This document shows positions 12,501 to 22,146 of a stretch of 64,000 nt of DNA, one piece after another. Position numbers and translations under genes: made by a program. The stretch lies in assembly GCF_052425735.1 (NCBI RefSeq), contig NC_135770.1:18352001-18416000 (forward strand), given 5' to 3'. Position 1 is the first letter of the stretch; each line of letters opens with the position of its first letter. A model generated the notes under the pieces. It worked only from the letters and a program-made list of their open reading frames with translations, was not told where the DNA came from and did no database searches. The DNA comes from Oculina patagonica (taxonomy: Eukaryota).

Positions 12501-15500
12501 GTTTTAGTTGGGTTTTTAGGCTTTTGAAACGAACAAGATCTATTTATAGATTGAGGCACCGTGTGATGTTTTTGATTACCTTGTTTGTCCACAGGCGGCC
12601 CAGGCTCTCTCGTTAATTATTTGCAACGGTCGTTGTCGGTTCGACTCAAGCGATCGAAAAATATGCTTCATAAATTGACGAATTTGAGATCTTTCGTTCC
12701 TAAATTACAATAAACTGTAAGCCATATAAATAAAGATCACTAAGCTATTGTTGATTGTCTGTTATTGTGTGATTTTGAGGGGTTTTGGGACGTTTATTCC
12801 TCGCTTGCCGCTGACGCCCCCTACTAATAGTAGGGGGCGTCAGCGGCAAGTGGGGAATAAACGTCCCAAAACCCCTCAAAATCACACAAAAGCAGACAAT
12901 CAACAATAGGTAAGTGATCTTTATTTATATGGCTTACAGTTTATTGTAATTTAGGAACGAAAGATCTCAAATTCGTCAATTTATGAAGCATATCAATCGC
13001 TTGAGTCGAACCGACAACGACCGTTGCAAATAATTAACGAGAGAGCCTGGGCTGCCTGTGGTTTGTCGTAGTAGTTCGCTCGGCCGCTTTCTTCTGTTTC
13101 TTGGCCAGGATTCAAATCTCGCACTCTTGATATTTACTCAGCAGGAGCTAAGATTACTCTCCTATTTAAAATTTTGTCTAATACCCTGATTTCTGTTATT
13201 AAAGCGTGAAATGGATATTTTTGTGTTTATATTCAAGCGTTCGACTCAAGCGAGAACAAGAGCGCGAAACCGGTGATTGTTTTGACTAAGCTTTTTTAAA
13301 GTCAGTCACGCAATGTTTTTGCAGCAAGCTTCTGCTTTTAAAAACGGCTGGCAGCTAAAGCATTTTTGGGCCAGACTCTACTTTGAAGATGTTTTCTGTT
13401 TAGCAAGAATTGTGTCCATTTTGTCCATTTTCATCCGTGTACAGTGGGCCGACAAAGTCGTGTGTCATAGACGGATTGAATGTTTACACAACAAAATATA
13501 AACCTTGTTTTGGTTCTTGCTCAGCTCAGAAAACAAAATGGAAATGTAAGTTAGTAATATAATAATTTCTACAAACTAGAATGGAATTTGGATCGGTAAA
13601 GCCATCGAGTAAAATAATAGACGGCAAAAATAAAAACTTGCGCTTTGGCTAATTTTACGGCTTTAATTTAAAGTATTCAAATTTTTAATGCCATTCAAAT
13701 GTTTCTTGGCCTCATCTTGAATCTTTTTTTTTTCTTTTTTCACATTAAGTTGGGATTTTTAACAGCATATGTTATCTAGTACGCGTGATCTAATGCATGC
13801 CCTTTTTTAGTCTTTTTATTTTCGTTTGTAATTTTGTTTTGAAGTTTTTCTGTTATTCTTGATATTTATGTAACTCGTTTTATTTTTATTTAATTTATTT
13901 ATGTGACTCGTTTTATTCGAGCAAGAGCCAATACTGTAATTTTCTGGTTACTCCACTCATTTTTGCGAGAAATAAATATATTTTTTGGTTTTTCATTCGG
14001 GGGTTTTTAATTTCACTCGGAACCGAACGGCGATGAAGAAATTACCTGTTATGTATCACGCAAGCAAGAACTGGCGTTTGCGTGACTGCTTCCCAAAATG
14101 CAGCATATAGGCAGGTTTTTCGATCGAAGAATCAGATTGACTTGAAGAGCTGGCGTGTTTAAAAGCTAAAAAGCTTTCTAATTTTTTATTATTCCTTTTT
14201 TGTGTGTGATACATTCTTTTAAAAAACCTTAAACGCTTCTTAGTTTTTAACGAATTATTTCTAATTGTTTGTTTGTTTTGGCCGTAGATCATTTGTAATG
14301 CTATTCAACTGTTTGAGTTCATTTATTCAAGATAAGAAATACACAAAACGTATTAAACTTGTGTGTCACAGCTACTCGCCCCTAAACTACTGCTCGGCTG
14401 GCGCCATCACAAAAGTGCTGAGGAGGGCGGGGAGAAGGGTTAAGAGTAGAATGTGTTATGGGAAGGAGTAGAGTCGAAAGCTGCAGGGGATGGGGGAGGA
14501 CGGAGTAGGAGGGGAGCTATTCGAAGGTGAATGGCTAAGAAAAGGGGGAATGGGGGGAGGTGGGGGGGGGGGGGTTGAATAAAAATCCATGCTTGATTAT
14601 ATCGCGAAACCTTTTTTTCATGGTTTTCTTATCAGAACAGCTGTTCAAAATTTTATGAGTAGTCTGCACTTTGTTAAGTGCATAATAATGATAATAATAA
14701 TAAATAATAATAATAATAATATTTATACAGCGCTATTCAGCTAATCTTCCATTATCCTTGGATAAAAACTAAAATCTAAAAATACCGAGGTTATTCATTG
14801 TTCAAAAAAATAGGAAGCCTAAGCAGGAATTTGTTCAAGCATGGACAAACAAACCACAGACTTGTGTGTTTCTCAATTAAATGGTATTTTAAAAGTTTTT
14901 GCTGCACTTGCCTAATCAAGTAGTTAAACATTAACCGCCCGGTTTTAAGCTTTAAGCTTTAGGCGTCTTGTTGTTGAACAATCATTCAACACTGAAGTTG
15001 TCAGCTACTTTTATTTAGTATACGTTAATTTTCCTGAAAATAAGTTAAGACCCCTTTGGGAAACGTCATCGCCTCTGCATGCACTGCATGCCGTTTATTA
15101 TAGAAATCCGGACGAGAAACATTTTTTTTTACTTGGCCTAAATTATTACGTGTAATCACACTTGTATTAGCATTTGATGGGCATATTCCAACTCTGTAGT
15201 CACCAATGACATGGATCGTATTGTTGATATCTTCGGCCGTCGAAATGGTAGGGACAGCTATTTCTTTTAACGTGTTTTATGAGCTCATATGATAGATTAT
15301 TATGTAAGAATTTTCACTTCATTTGTAAGCCTATGTTAGTGCATCGTATGACCCTCGTTTCTTCTCGACTGTTTCGTAAAAATTTGGGCAACTTGCGAAA
15401 TTTTTTTGGGCAAATGTCTCGCCGCCCCTCCTGGCAAAAAATTGCCCGTACGCCTATGGGAAATAGTAATGTATAACTCGCAGTGCAGCGGCGCGCGGGC

Positions 15501-18500
15501 AAACTATCTTATACAGCTCCCTCCATTATTGAACAGGGCTTGCATATAAGAACCGAATTATTTAAGGATTTGTTTGTAACTTGATGGTTGATGTTACTTT
15601 ACACTGCAGCTAATTGTTGTATACTTCCCCAGCTATCGCTAATTGTTATTATTAATTTAAACTGAATAATAACAATTGTAGATAGCGGGGGAAATATTTG
15701 ATGATTGCTCATTGTTTTGCTTACAAGACCTCGTCAATTTTGTTTTAAATAAATTTCGCCTAGTTTACTAACACTCGCACTTCGTTTACAGCAACACGTA
15801 CAAAACGAGTTAAAAAAAAAGAAAACATCAGTGGCAGAACACAGGAAAGATCCGGAAACGCAGCATAATCTATAAGCTTTTATACAACGTGTTAAAATCT
15901 CCCAGAAGTGTCTTAACAAAATCAATATGCACTCTTGGCAACAGTTTCATTGTACAGTTAAACACAAAACTGAGTCATACCAACTGGAAGAGTTCATTTT
16001 CTGCTGTAATTATGAATACACTGATCATGAACTTATCTCTTTAAATGCATCACCTGGAAAGCCATCCACGTTATCCACTTAGCTTGCTTGGCAGTTTGGT
16101 TTGCCAGCAATGTCCTCAATTCGTCAATTTGTTGAAGCTGACAGTAAATCACAAACACGGATGTCAGTTAAAATTATATGGTGGTAGAGTCTGTATGGTG
16201 GTAGAGTCTGTAATACGTTCTTCCTGTTGAAATAACAGTTAACACATATTCTTCATTCACATTCCAGGGAAAAGACACTTAATGGCAGTACTCATGAGTG
16301 TACTGCTTGAAAATGCACCGGCAGTCCTGGGGCCTGCTCCAGTGGGGAACAAGCGAAATGAATACGCCCTGATCAAATGGATCAAATTTTCTCTTAACAT
16401 AGCATTTTAAATGGCTTTTTGCAAACTTGCGTGCAGTTGCCACTAAACTTGCGTGTCCGTTTGGCCATGCACCCAACACAAGTCTGTACGCAAGTTCAAC
16501 TTGCGATTAATTGCGTTCACTTGCGTTACCGTGTTACCAGGGCTTGACAGTTGTTATACACCCTTTTAATAAGTCGAATGGCCATTTTAAATTTTTATTT
16601 TTCCGCGAATGACGTCATTAATAAAATACTCAAAATGACACCTCGGCTTATTACAATGGAAGATACTTCATTTTAATACGTCATTCGCGGAAAGTTAAAT
16701 ACTCAAGATGGTGTCTCGACTTATTAAAATGGTGTATAAGCCCACGACTCCAGTCACAAATTAATACGGAACTGAACAAGATGTGCAAAATATAATAACG
16801 ACATCGTTAATGCTCGCTCAGTACAACTTAGTGACTGGTTTGCTGACTGCAGTCCTCCCTGACATTTGTGGTGCTAGTTTTTGACAACTTGGCAATGTAT
16901 GTATTGTTCAAAAGCCTGAAAAGCTTTAGAATTCCTATCTGATGTCCTTTATTTTATGCAAAATTGGAATACTACTCAGCAAGTTCCATTCCTGCGATTT
17001 GACAATGTATAGATACTGTTTAACACTTGTAGTAGTTCTTTGGTCTTAGTACAATATTTTTTTGAACAAATACGTTTATTGGAAACAGTCAAACTCTCGC
17101 CTTGCGGACACCCCGCTATTCATGCGGACACTCCCTATTACGAACAAAAACCAGATCCCCAGCGAAAGAAGTTTGCCGGACTGGAAATGGCTCTCGCTAT
17201 AACGGACACTAAACGACGCCCCGAAAGTGACCGCTATTACAAGAGTTGACTATAACTAGAGGAACAGCAAACGTCAAGAAGGCAAGCAATCTTCTGAAAA
17301 TTCCCTGATCATGAAGAAGTGCCAAGCTCAAACCTTTGTTTTCTTTGCAAGGATTTTGAAACCCATCTATTCAACCTAGTTCGTCAATGATTTGAAAATA
17401 TTGTCTCGCTCTATTATTTTATGATCTTTGAACTGTTAAACCTGAAATTTTACACAGTTACATTACCAGTTTCCTTTCCAACGTGGTAATATTCTCCGAC
17501 ACCTTTTTGATTCTGTCATCATCGTCTGATGTCATTGCGCTTGTACTACCAATCCCTTAGAAGTGAAAAATACTACAATGTATTTAAGTTTGTAAATTAT
17601 CTCATTTCCATGTGAGACCTACCGGGCTAATACCCAATCCATAAGTTTTCTCTGGTACTTGCAAAGATCCTTAATTTGCTGTAATGCTAGCACAACTGAA
17701 CTCAACGCAAATTTTGAAGAGTTTAATTTGGTAATGTTTACTGAAGGGGAATTAGGGCAGGTACGTTTTTTATTGGGGGCGGGGGGGGGGGGGGTGGGCC
17801 GGGGCCTCAGAGGGGAGGGTCATCAGTAAAAATTTTACAAATTTGGGAGGGCTAAACCTGTTTTTTTTTTTTCACAGGAGGGGGAGGATTAAACTTTGTT
17901 TCGGCATTGAAAAAATTTAACAAGAGAAAAACATAAATAGCGGCAACAAACATAACATGAACAACGCATTGTTTGCAAAAAGACCCTAAAATGTCTTTTT
18001 CGTTTCACAATGCTTTCATTATCCTTCAGTTCGTGAAACAGACCGCCATTTTGTTTTCAAAGCGTATGCTTTTCCTTGCATAAATGAGTTTTTCAAAAAT
18101 GGAAAGTAGTTCCCAGTTTTTCCAAAGGGAAGATAGTTCGTTTTGTTTGGCCGGTTTCCGGCCATCAGTGATGGAATATTTTCTGCTTGGCCAGAAAACT
18201 GGCCGTCTGTGGTAAAAGGGTTGTTCATGATTTACCACTATTGGCTAGAATCAAATATATGAAAAACATTTAAGAGTACTTACGTATTCTAGCTAAATAA
18301 AATGACAATGTACGGTTCTGTTGAAATAACCTAATTCTTCCTCCAGAATGCAGGAAATTCACTCTTAGAGGCCCAAATTTTAAAATTTTCCCGGGGAAGC
18401 ATGCCCCCGAACCCCCCTAGAAGGTTGAGCTTTCGGAGCTGTACTCCCTTCTCTGCCCACTCCAAAACTTTTGCCGTCTACTCCACTTCCGGTTATTTTT

Positions 18501-21500
18501 GTTTCCAAGGAAACGCTGAGTAGGTGGGGGGAGACATGTTTTTGTGTTGGTGTTTGTGAAGGGTCATGCATCAAAACATTCTAGGAAGTGGGAGGGCCAC
18601 AATTTTTTTCGCAAAAAAATTCTAAAATACCCCGGCCCACCCCCCCCCTCCCCCTAATAAAAAACGTACCTTCCCGTAGAGTGTCACCAGGGAAAAGACA
18701 AATAAGGTAAAACTAAATAAGAAATAAAAATAAGAAGGAAATTTGAAATCATTTGCACATTAAAAGCCTGAAAGGATGGCCGTCGCTCACTGCTCGCCGC
18801 TCACCAGCGGCCCTCTCATGCCTCAATCTACGCCTGTGATGGTGTTGAGCGATAGGGAAGGCGGAAAATAAACAAGTAATGTCGCGTGACTTCCCCTGTA
18901 TCTGTTTATCTAAATCCGTTTGTCACTGTCTGGTGTTACATTGACCATTTCAGTTCCTGGGTCGAACATTGAATTCATATAAATTTTTGAAAGTTTGCGA
19001 ATAAAACCCTAGTACGTGAACGAGAGCTATTGATCATGAGCAGTACTTCGTATACCGTATAGTGTCTTTTTTAATGCTGTTCAGGGTGGTCCTTCAAAGA
19101 AAGCACTGCTTTCGAGGCATATGTTCAAGGGGCGGTTTTGTATTTTTTTTATTAACTCTGAAAATTGAAATGTGATATATTTTAGTAAAAAATGAATTGG
19201 TACCTTTGTGAGTGCAAGGGTTATAAATTGTTATTTTTATCTTTGTTTTGCGGCTGTTATCTTACGGAATTTTCTCGATTTTCGTTGGACTGACAAGCCA
19301 AATCACGCCTCCCTTGTCACTTATCGCTATTTCATTCATGAGCAAAAATGCGGAGAAATGACCAAAAATACAATTGACTTGACGACAGATATCTGTCTAT
19401 TCCTGCACGTAATTAAAAATCCATCTCAAGATTGTCATCGTATATTTAGCTGCACTTCGTTCTAGCGATTCCTTTCTGTTGTTTATCTGGTTCTCTGAAA
19501 AGCAGCAATTCACCCATCCACTTCGTAACTGCAATTTCTTTTCAACTTAGACTACGAATGTTTAATCTGTCTGTACATGCAAGACAATAAAATATACAGA
19601 CACAAAAAAGCGAGTATAGGTTTACTCTTTGAAATTAAGCGTATTAGTTTCGTAAACGGTTTACGAAATTTGGGTTATTTTTAAGTACTTGTAAAATCGC
19701 GCTGGTCCACAGTCGAGTCGCATAGGTTGAGAAAACAAGATTTATGAACATCTGAGAAAGAGCTATTTTAATTCTTTCTGTACCAATTACATTTAAGCTT
19801 CTCAATATGGCAATGGCGAGCACAGACTGCTTTTATGTTTTAAAATCAAAGACACTGCTGGACAACATTTACGACAGTTTGTATCAGGTTTGCATGCCTT
19901 TGTTTTTTTTTTCTCATTGATAACACAGCTACCATTGTAATGAATATAACATTTTGCACAAGACTTTCAAGAACTTTAATAACGACTGTTGGTTAAAGCT
20001 CAGTGGAGGCAGCTAGATTATGTTGTCTCAACTTTTCAATTAAAATTCAATTGGGTATTTAGTTGATCTGTGGGACAGATCAACAATCTATCTTCAGGAA
20101 AGGACTTCTGTTGAAGATTAGTCTGTAAAATCACAACACTTCAAACTGTTTACATTTTAACACATCCTTATTTATTGTCCTAGTACTGAAAGAAAGAAAT
20201 CTCCTTGACAGAAAAAAATAAGCCATGAATTCGAAACACTAGAATGGTCTCATGAGGTCAAAGCAGCCTGGTTTCAGATGGATATTCCGCCTTAGGGCCA
20301 AAAGATGTTTGGAAATCCAAACACATATCGTTTTCTGCAAGGATTTCATATCATCATTAAGAAGATGTGATTCGATATCGCTTCATACTTTCTTTTGTCA
20401 ATTTATCATGGCATGATATTGTCTTCAATTTAAAGGACCACATACAAGTCGAAAAAAAGGAATACAAATCTACCCCAAAACATCAAAACCATGACTGTGT
20501 TCACATCGCGGCCGGAAAACTACGATAAGAGGTTAATTAAAATAAATAAAGAGGTCTCATTGAGATAAACCAGACAGTTAAAAATTAAACAAAAAGCAAA
20601 CACCAGATAACGAGAGACCTTTACTTGAACTTGTACAGAGCCCTCCTTATTTGCGGTCCTTTCTAAGCATGATGTAACTAGATTTAAGTAAGAAGAATGA
20701 ACACCCGTTCCAACAAAGGAATCCAACTATGCTCGTAACTTTAGAACTAGTTGCCGAATATAGTCTTGTAAGGGAAAAAGTCGCTAAAAACGACGCATGA
20801 TCTACGTATAAGACCGTTAGAAGCTTATTTATAGTGAGATCAGTGGACACAATTGCAAGCTTTGCTGAATAAACATAAAGCACTTTTACATTTAAAACAG
20901 GTACAATTCATTTTATTCCAAACTTGACTCCGCTTTGGAGATTTTGCCTAACTCACTTCTAAAATTGTTTATAACTTGGGTAACATAACAAAGGGACTTT
21001 TGCGAATTCTTGACCTCAACTGGAGTTTTAATTGTGGTTCTCGTCAGTCTGATAAGTAAGTTCAAAGTTTAGTTGAAAGCCATGGAAGGTGCCTTTTCGA
21101 CTTGCCTTAATCTGAAAACCTAAAAGTACCCTTAAGAACTTTTTCCGTTTTACTAATCTGACGAGACCTTTTATATTACCATCTATCTGGAGCCACTTTC
21201 AGTGGATATACTTGGAACTCACTGTAGTTTGGTTATATACCAGCAGAATTCGTCGGACCAGGCAAATCTAATACTGAGATTTATTGTCCCCAATTGATAC
21301 TTGTTTTTTGGAATGGCTGACGAGTTTTGTTTGTACTTTGGGCAGAACTTAGTGCACATCTGTTTTGTGTCTTAAGCCGGATCTAGCGAAAGGAATTTCC
21401 GCTTCTTAACTCGACCGTTATGAAAACTTCGTCTCCAAAACTATAAAACTTCAGGAACGTCATGTTTATCTTTGACGTTTTTCTACTTACTTGAACACTC

Positions 21501-22146
21501 GAAAACGTACGAAGGAACTGCACGTCGTTCCTTTTATGACGCAGTTAAATAAATAATTAAAACGGCACACAAAATTCGAATTCGGCTGTTTCAAGGCATC
21601 TGCAACGAGTTCTTCGTTGCAAAAGATAAAACTGTCCCTAGACGAGTAGGTGGAATTCCTATTTTTATCAATACGGCCGGCTTACCTGCATTGTCGCTAC
21701 AAGAACAGTTTCCCACTCCCACTGAACCAAAGAGAATGAGCAAAGTAAGAAGAAGTGAAACAATTGATGTGAGGCAGACCATTCCCAACAGGATAACAAG
21801 TGGTCTACTTAGTGGCGTTTTGCTGCTGAGATTCTCGTCCTTGATGTCTTTTAACGTCCCACTCGCATTCCCGTATCACGTTTATGTTCTCTCTTTTAGT
21901 CACTCGACGTTGTCCCTGCGCTTGTGGGGCTTTCATTAATGTGGGCTCCATGTCTTCTTCATGAACAGATTCAGTTTGTTCATTAAATTGTTGCTGATAG
22001 ACAGGATTCACAACCACAGGTCTTCGAAAGTCTCTTCTCGTCGAGCGACTCGACGAGTTAGGCCGATGAGGAATTTTTGTTTCTTCCATGGTCCATGCTC
22101 GTGTTCTCTCGGGATGGACTTTGTAGGGATGAATAAACTGCGCCAT
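348..22146 (-). CDS. Multi-exon type II transmembrane coiled-coil/short-collagen protein (scavenger receptor class A/collectin-like architecture). 3' end lies outside the window; exon 1 is frameshifted, so it may be a pseudogene.
   Basis: Exons: 22146-21686 (tail + TM), candidate small exons 20677-20625, 17555-17503 and 16137-16054, then phase-0 exons 10433-10236, 10091-9993, 9317-9222, 7439-7362, 7178-6966, 4262-4167, 2902-2825, 2633-2421 and 551-348. All have AG/GT boundaries and open frames. TM segment, heptad-like stalk with many N-x-S/T sequons, and about 10 Gly-X-Y triplets. Confidence 0.8.
997..1883. mobile_element. Non-autonomous TTAA-specific DNA transposon, Kolobok-like
   Basis: TTAA at 993-996 and 1884-1887. 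Imperfect TIRs (GGTCGCGCAGGACCCTTGC / GCAAGGGTCCCGCGCGAAC). The paralogous empty site ggtcTTAAttgc is at ~6416-6427. A purine-start terminus after TTAA fits Kolobok rather than piggyBac. Confidence 0.75.
2421..2633 (-). CDS. Coiled-coil exon, duplicate copy B (71 aa, ELHFKKIQ...DNLTEQ)
   Basis: 213 nt, AG/GT, phase 0-0; paralog of 6966-7178. Confidence 0.85.
2825..2902 (-). CDS. Coiled-coil exon, copy B (VEKRSQGFEAKIEIQEQKSNSTRQIT)
   Basis: 78 nt, ttccag| and |gtaagt, phase 0-0; paralog of 7362-7439. Confidence 0.85.
3045..4055 (-). mobile_element. Degenerate Crypton-like element carrying a remnant of the N-terminal part of the recombinase-associated (DUF3504-type) protein
   Basis: Minus-strand remnants at ~3853-3350 read EDYGPDSLKVMLTSLERH, then frameshifted VL..KAKQLHLAGR and KARQVEKEEE, resembling the CryptonA/ZMYM/QRICH1-type region. 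Inverted repeats AATAATATTCATGAAAAAATT (~3148) and AATTTTTTGATGTATATTATT (~4033). Absent from the paralogous intron at 7440-7730. Boundaries approximate. Confidence 0.65.
4167..4262 (-). CDS. Coiled-coil exon, copy B (VDNKMETVWFNLNKTRKCCTNLTSSFDSFREN)
   Basis: 96 nt, ttaacag| and |gtaagt, phase 0-0; paralog of 9222-9317. Confidence 0.85.
4293..4355 (-). pseudogene. Truncated duplicate of the collagen exon at the duplication junction (IKNVSKMTVPIGPRGF-KHLL*)
   Basis: Same tccacag acceptor and first 50 nt as exon 551-348, then fused to intron sequence matching 9351-9360; TGA at 4295-4293. Confidence 0.85.
4671..6300 (-). mobile_element. 5'-truncated L1/Tx1-like LINE (ORF2 C-terminus with zf-RVT-type CPFC..H...C motif)
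   Basis: FQYKIIHRILPTNSLLHKMK..CPFCPTELHTIWHLFIECT (5807-6100) and C-terminus ...KKWNFLQNI* (4952). Poly(A) tail reads as a T-run at ~4667-4681. TSD G(A/T)CAAAGAATAGCTTTT at 4654-4670 and 6301-6317. Empty paralogous site at ~893-912. Confidence 0.85.
5098..5658. mobile_element. piggyBac-like MITE nested in the LINE
   Basis: TTAA|CCCTAT...ATAGGG|TTAA (TSD 5094-5097 and 5659-5662). Subterminal IRs CAGACCGGGG / CCCCGGTCTG. It splits the LINE ORF2 C-terminus. Confidence 0.85.
6966..7178 (-). CDS. Coiled-coil exon, copy A (71 aa)
   Basis: 213 nt, AG/GT, phase 0-0. Confidence 0.85.
7362..7439 (-). CDS. Coiled-coil exon, copy A (VANRSQGLEARIEIEEQKSNSTRQIT)
   Basis: 78 nt, AG/GT, phase 0-0. Confidence 0.85.
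7735..9192 (-). mobile_element. Helentron-type non-autonomous element (HINE/DINE-1-like)
   Basis: On the minus strand, the 5' end has the palindromic subTIR AACTGCGC-T-GCGCAGTT. The 3' end has subTIR GCGCAGTT, hairpin AGCTC-TAA-GAGCT and CTTGT. No TSD. Internal tandem repeat. Absent at the paralogous site 4131-4145. Confidence 0.6.
8073..8497. repeat. Two-copy ~208-bp tandem repeat inside the Helentron-like element
   Basis: Block ...tactgcttcaaatatcttatc...aacaccaaacatcgaaaacaaatttcgaagttcc...gactctgataa occurs twice. Confidence 0.85.
9222..9317 (-). CDS. Coiled-coil exon, copy A (VDNEMETVWYNVNKARKCCTNLTSSFVSFRKN)
   Basis: 96 nt, AG/GT, phase 0-0. Confidence 0.85.
9993..10091 (-). CDS. Coiled-coil exon (VDIKLRNIRRDVNESKESLLTNMASQLKKLQTK)
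   Basis: 99 nt, ttag| and |gtagga, phase 0-0. Confidence 0.8.
10236..10433 (-). CDS. Coiled-coil exon (EEKIENLTERL...TNLTNK, 66 aa)
   Basis: 198 nt, ctag| and |gtattc, phase 0-0, heptad pattern, 5 sequons. Confidence 0.85.
11701..13745. repeat. Diverged ~0.7-0.8-kb direct repeat (about 11701-12480 and 13066-13745)
   Basis: Shared collinear blocks tcgtagtagt / cgctcggccgctt / tggccaggattcaaa / gcgaaaccggtgattgttttgac / gtcagtcacgcaatgttttt / tcagaaaacaaaatgg. Confidence 0.8.
12590..13060. mobile_element. 471-bp foldback (near-perfect palindromic) element, possibly P-superfamily
   Basis: ~235-bp arms with centre at 12827 (CTACTA-A-TAGTAG). Termini CACAG...CTGTG. 7-bp TSD GTTTGTC at 12583-12589 and 13061-13067. 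Confidence 0.85.
14682..14722. repeat. (AAT)n microsatellite
   Basis: ataatgataataataataaataataataataataat. Confidence 0.85.
16054..16137 (-). CDS. Candidate stalk exon (LQQIDELRTLLANQTAKQAKWITWMAFQ)
   Basis: 84 nt, gtcag| and cag|gtgatg, phase 0-0, helical character, NQT sequon. Confidence 0.55.
16554..16739. mobile_element. Small MITE
   Basis: IRs TTATACACC-TTTTAATAAGTCGA / TCGACTTATTAAAA-GGTGTATAA, plus an inner IR TTCCGCGAATGACGT. Confidence 0.7.
17503..17555 (-). CDS. Candidate exon (GIGSTSAMTSDDDDRIKK)
   Basis: 53 nt, ttttcacttctaag| and aag|gtgtc, phase 1-0. Confidence 0.55.
17755..18675. mobile_element. ~0.9-kb MITE, PIF/Harbinger-like
   Basis: TIRs GGGCAGGTACGTTTTTTATTGGGG...GTGGGCCGGG / CCCGGCCCAC...CCCCTAATAAAAAACGTACCTTCCC; flanks TTA and GTA (imperfect 3-bp TSD). 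Confidence 0.7.
20625..20677 (-). CDS. Candidate exon (VTSCLERTANKEGSVQVQ)
   Basis: 53 nt, polypyrimidine tract + ctag| acceptor, |gtaaag donor, phase 1-0. Confidence 0.5.
21686..22146 (-). CDS. First coding exon: cytoplasmic tail (MAQFIHPYKV...) and TM anchor (PLVILLGMVCLTSIVSLLLTLLILFG) + NCSCSDNA, broken by a frameshift near 21876
   Basis: ATG in acc-ATG-g context at 22146; that frame stops at 21805. The TM frame is open only from ~21875 to the strong donor gcag|gtaagc at 21686. Confidence 0.75.

Larger units (their letters stand above)
10564..15458. mobile_element. 4.9-kb non-autonomous hAT-like element with nested cargo
   Basis: Perfect 15-bp TIRs CATAGGCGTACGGGC / GCCCGTACGCCTATG. Perfect 8-bp TSD GGAAATAG at 10556-10563 and 15459-15466. 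No transposase ORF seen. Confidence 0.85.

Noticed and set aside
12590-12596. CACAG terminus resembling a RAG/Transib RSS heptamer
   Set aside because: The TSD is 7 bp rather than 5 bp, there is no nonamer, and no RAG-like ORF is present.
14046-14165. Exon-like segment with AG/GT boundaries on the minus strand
   Set aside because: Stops in all three frames, and it lies inside the hAT-like element.
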